This document shows, piece by piece, positions 54,721 to 56,349 of a stretch of DNA of 56,349 nt. Under the pieces are notes generated by a model. The model was not told the DNA's origin. It ran no database searches and saw only the letters and a list, made by a program, of their open reading frames with translations. The first letter of the stretch is position 1; the number at the start of each line of letters is the position of its first letter. The DNA is from Candidatus Natronoplasma sp. (GTDB taxonomy: Archaea > Thermoplasmatota > Thermoplasmata > Halarchaeoplasmatales > Halarchaeoplasmataceae). The position numbers and the translations under genes were made by a program. The stretch spans positions 1-56,349 of the forward strand of contig JBMCEH010000001.1 of assembly GCA_048620775.1 (NCBI GenBank). Direction: 5' to 3'.

Positions 54721-55257
54721 ATGTCCCGATGGGAAAAAAAGGAATCTCGGAAAATCGCTGAATCTACACTTTTCACCTTGATAGAGGACGATGTAATCTT
54801 ACCGAACGGAAAGGAAAAAACCTACACCATGCTTGACTTACCCGATTTTGCAGGAGTCCTCCCTCTCACAGGAGAGCGGATGATCCTGATTAAAAATTAT
54901 AGATATCCGATCGATGAAAAAGTTATCGAATTTCCAGCAGGATTCATCGACGAAGGAGAGACCCCTAAAGAGGCAGCGAAAAGAGAATTAGAAGAGGAAA
55001 CTGGATATGTCCTCAAAAGTTGCAAAAAATTGTGTGAGTACCATCCTGTTGCGAGTCTGAATGATCAAAAGGCACATCTTTTTGTGGGAAAGGTCGAAAA
55101 AGGTGGAAAAATAAATCACGAGATGGGGGAAGATATAGAAGTTATGACTATATCGATAGAGAAGGCTTATGAAATGTTGAGAAAAAATGAGATCACCCAT
55201 CCACACACGGCCATCGCATTATATAAAGCTGAGAAATTTCTGATTAAAAAGGTATAA
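54721..55257 (+). CDS. NUDIX hydrolase (ADP-ribose pyrophosphatase-like)
   Basis: Nudix box GFIDEGETPKEAAKRELEEETGY. Confidence 0.9.
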   Translation: MSRWEKKESRKIAESTLFTLIEDDVILPNGKEKTYTMLDLPDFAGVLPLTGERMILIKNYRYPIDEKVIEFPAGFIDEGETPKEAAKRELEEETGYVLKSCKKLCEYHPVASLNDQKAHLFVGKVEKGGKINHEMGEDIEVMTISIEKAYEMLRKNEITHPHTAIALYKAEKFLIKKV

Positions 55258-55374
55258 AATAGCAAAAAGCTTTTTCGGCTATACCCATCTATCTGGAAAT
55301 TAACCGAAACTTCTATATGATTTAGTCTATTCATATAAGATAGAAATATCTCGAGAAGCAGGAGGATTTCGATA

Positions 55375-56349
55375 ATGGAAATACCGGCTGGAAAAAGGAT
55401 AATCACCTCTTTAGGGGGTGAAGGTCCTTTGAAAAAGCTGATCGAGGAGGCAAAAAAACAAAACATCGATGGATACATGAAGCTTATCTATGAATCTAGC
55501 GACTCTCAGTTTGAAGGTAAGATCGTTTTTAAAAATGCTAGTCCGACAGCCGCGGAATTGGAAAAACCTAGCAAAGTACTCAAGGGGCGAGAAGCGTTAA
55601 ATGAAATAGCTTATCTCTCTTCAGATGAAGAGAACGTTTTAGAACTTTATTCTTATTCTCATTCCACTTCGAATTTTTATATCGATCAGATCATTTCCAA
55701 GTTTGAAGATTGTGAAATCACGGACAATATCGACATCGATCTGATTTTAGAATTAGGTTCTAGCAAAAAAGAAGCACAAGATGAAGAGAGTGATTATGAA
55801 ATAGAAAAGGACCGCTTGAAGGATGAATATGAAGCTAGAGAATCATATGAGGAAAAAACGGTAAGGGAATTGATCGAAGAAGACGGAATAAACCTCCAAG
55901 ATCTTGAGAGAGGGGGAGTAGAGATGGAAGGAGATGCAGAGGAAGATATAAACGAGTTATTGAAAAGACTTTTGAGAAAAGAGAAGGATCTTGAAAAAAA
56001 AGAAAATCGATTGAAGCGGCTTGAAAAAGAGCTTGAGGAATGGGAAGAAAAACACGAGAAAAAGCGACCTGAGATGAGAAATCTAGAAAAAAGGAGAGAA
56101 GAGATAGAAAAAGAAAGAAATTTATTAGAAAAGAAAAAAGAAGAGATAGAAAAAAGAGAACGAGAGATAGAAGAACGGGAAAAAAAGACTAAGAAAAGAG
56201 AAGAAAATTTAGATCAAATCAAAAAAAGCATTGGAAAGAAAGAGAAAAAATTAAAATCTGGACTCGCTGAGAAAGAAAAAAAGAGAGAAAGTCTTGAGGA
56301 AATTAGGGAGAAAATCGAGGAGGAAAAGGAGGCGGTACAAGAAGAGAAA
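55375..56349 (+). CDS. protein with a small N-terminal alpha/beta domain and a long K/E/R coiled coil; 3' end beyond the window
   Basis: Absent from the track because there is no stop. The ATG at 55375 lies 8 nt after GGAGGA, and the frame stays open for 325 codons to the window edge. N-terminus: ...IDGYMKLIYESSDSQFEGKIVFKNASPTAAE...LKGREALNEI. It is then highly charged (KRLEKELEEWEEKHEKK...). Confidence 0.6.
   Translation, partial: MEIPAGKRIITSLGGEGPLKKLIEEAKKQNIDGYMKLIYESSDSQFEGKIVFKNASPTAAELEKPSKVLKGREALNEIAYLSSDEENVLELYSYSHSTSNFYIDQIISKFEDCEITDNIDIDLILELGSSKKEAQDEESDYEIEKDRLKDEYEARESYEEKTVRELIEEDGINLQDLERGGVEMEGDAEEDINELLKRLLRKEKDLEKKENRLKRLEKELEEWEEKHEKKRPEMRNLEKRREEIEKERNLLEKKKEEIEKREREIEEREKKTKKREENLDQIKKSIGKKEKKLKSGLAEKEKKRESLEEIREKIEEEKEAVQEEK

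Noticed and set aside
54180-54776. 198-aa minus-strand ORF covering the GDT1-family gene
   Set aside because: The plus-strand frame has the duplicated E-x-G-D-K-(S/T) transporter signature and TM periodicity. The antisense product has no recognisable features.
1-56349. CRISPR arrays, rRNA or tRNA genes
   Set aside because: By eye I found no regularly spaced direct repeats and no rRNA- or tRNA-like conserved segments. All gaps longer than 150 nt look like promoter or origin DNA. A covariance-model scan would be needed to exclude small ncRNAs.

Overview
This is an archaeal chromosomal segment. It is AT-rich by eye, the predicted proteins are strikingly acidic, and genes are tightly packed with many 4-nt start/stop overlaps.

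Most of the window is housekeeping:
- Replication: an orc1/cdc6 gene with an adjacent ORB-bearing candidate origin (12089-12524), plus MCM.
- RNA and ribosome functions: Csl4 with a METTL5-like methylase, Nop5, NMD3, AspRS and ArcS.
- Metabolism: Thi4, cysteine desulfurase, two-subunit fumarase, Sir2, SucD, and a moaA-moaE-moaC-moaB-moeA operon.
- An e2b2-rbcL(form III)-deoA AMP-salvage operon.

The most interesting part is 27053-35072. A 1275-aa Ig/cadherin-like surface protein with a cytoplasmic Roadblock/longin-like tail, and a PQQ-propeller/PKD exoprotein, are transcribed divergently from a Ras-like small GTPase. That GTPase is translationally coupled to a V4R-DUF835 protein.

A second Roadblock module lies at 1657-4142: Roadblock/LC7 plus a tandem KaiC-like ATPase plus two small coiled-coil proteins. 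Its Roadblock ORF lacks a canonical start codon for its conserved N-terminal half.

Other notable items:
- A TPR protein ending in 12 tandem CxxCxGxG zinc-finger units.
- Two tandem 55-aa ferredoxins that fall below the ORF-track cutoff.
- A GC-richer fragment that may be a TnpB remnant.
- A TTG-initiated double zinc-ribbon/coiled-coil protein fused into the AMP operon.

I recognised no rRNA, tRNA or CRISPR array. All family assignments come from motif recognition by eye, not from database searches.
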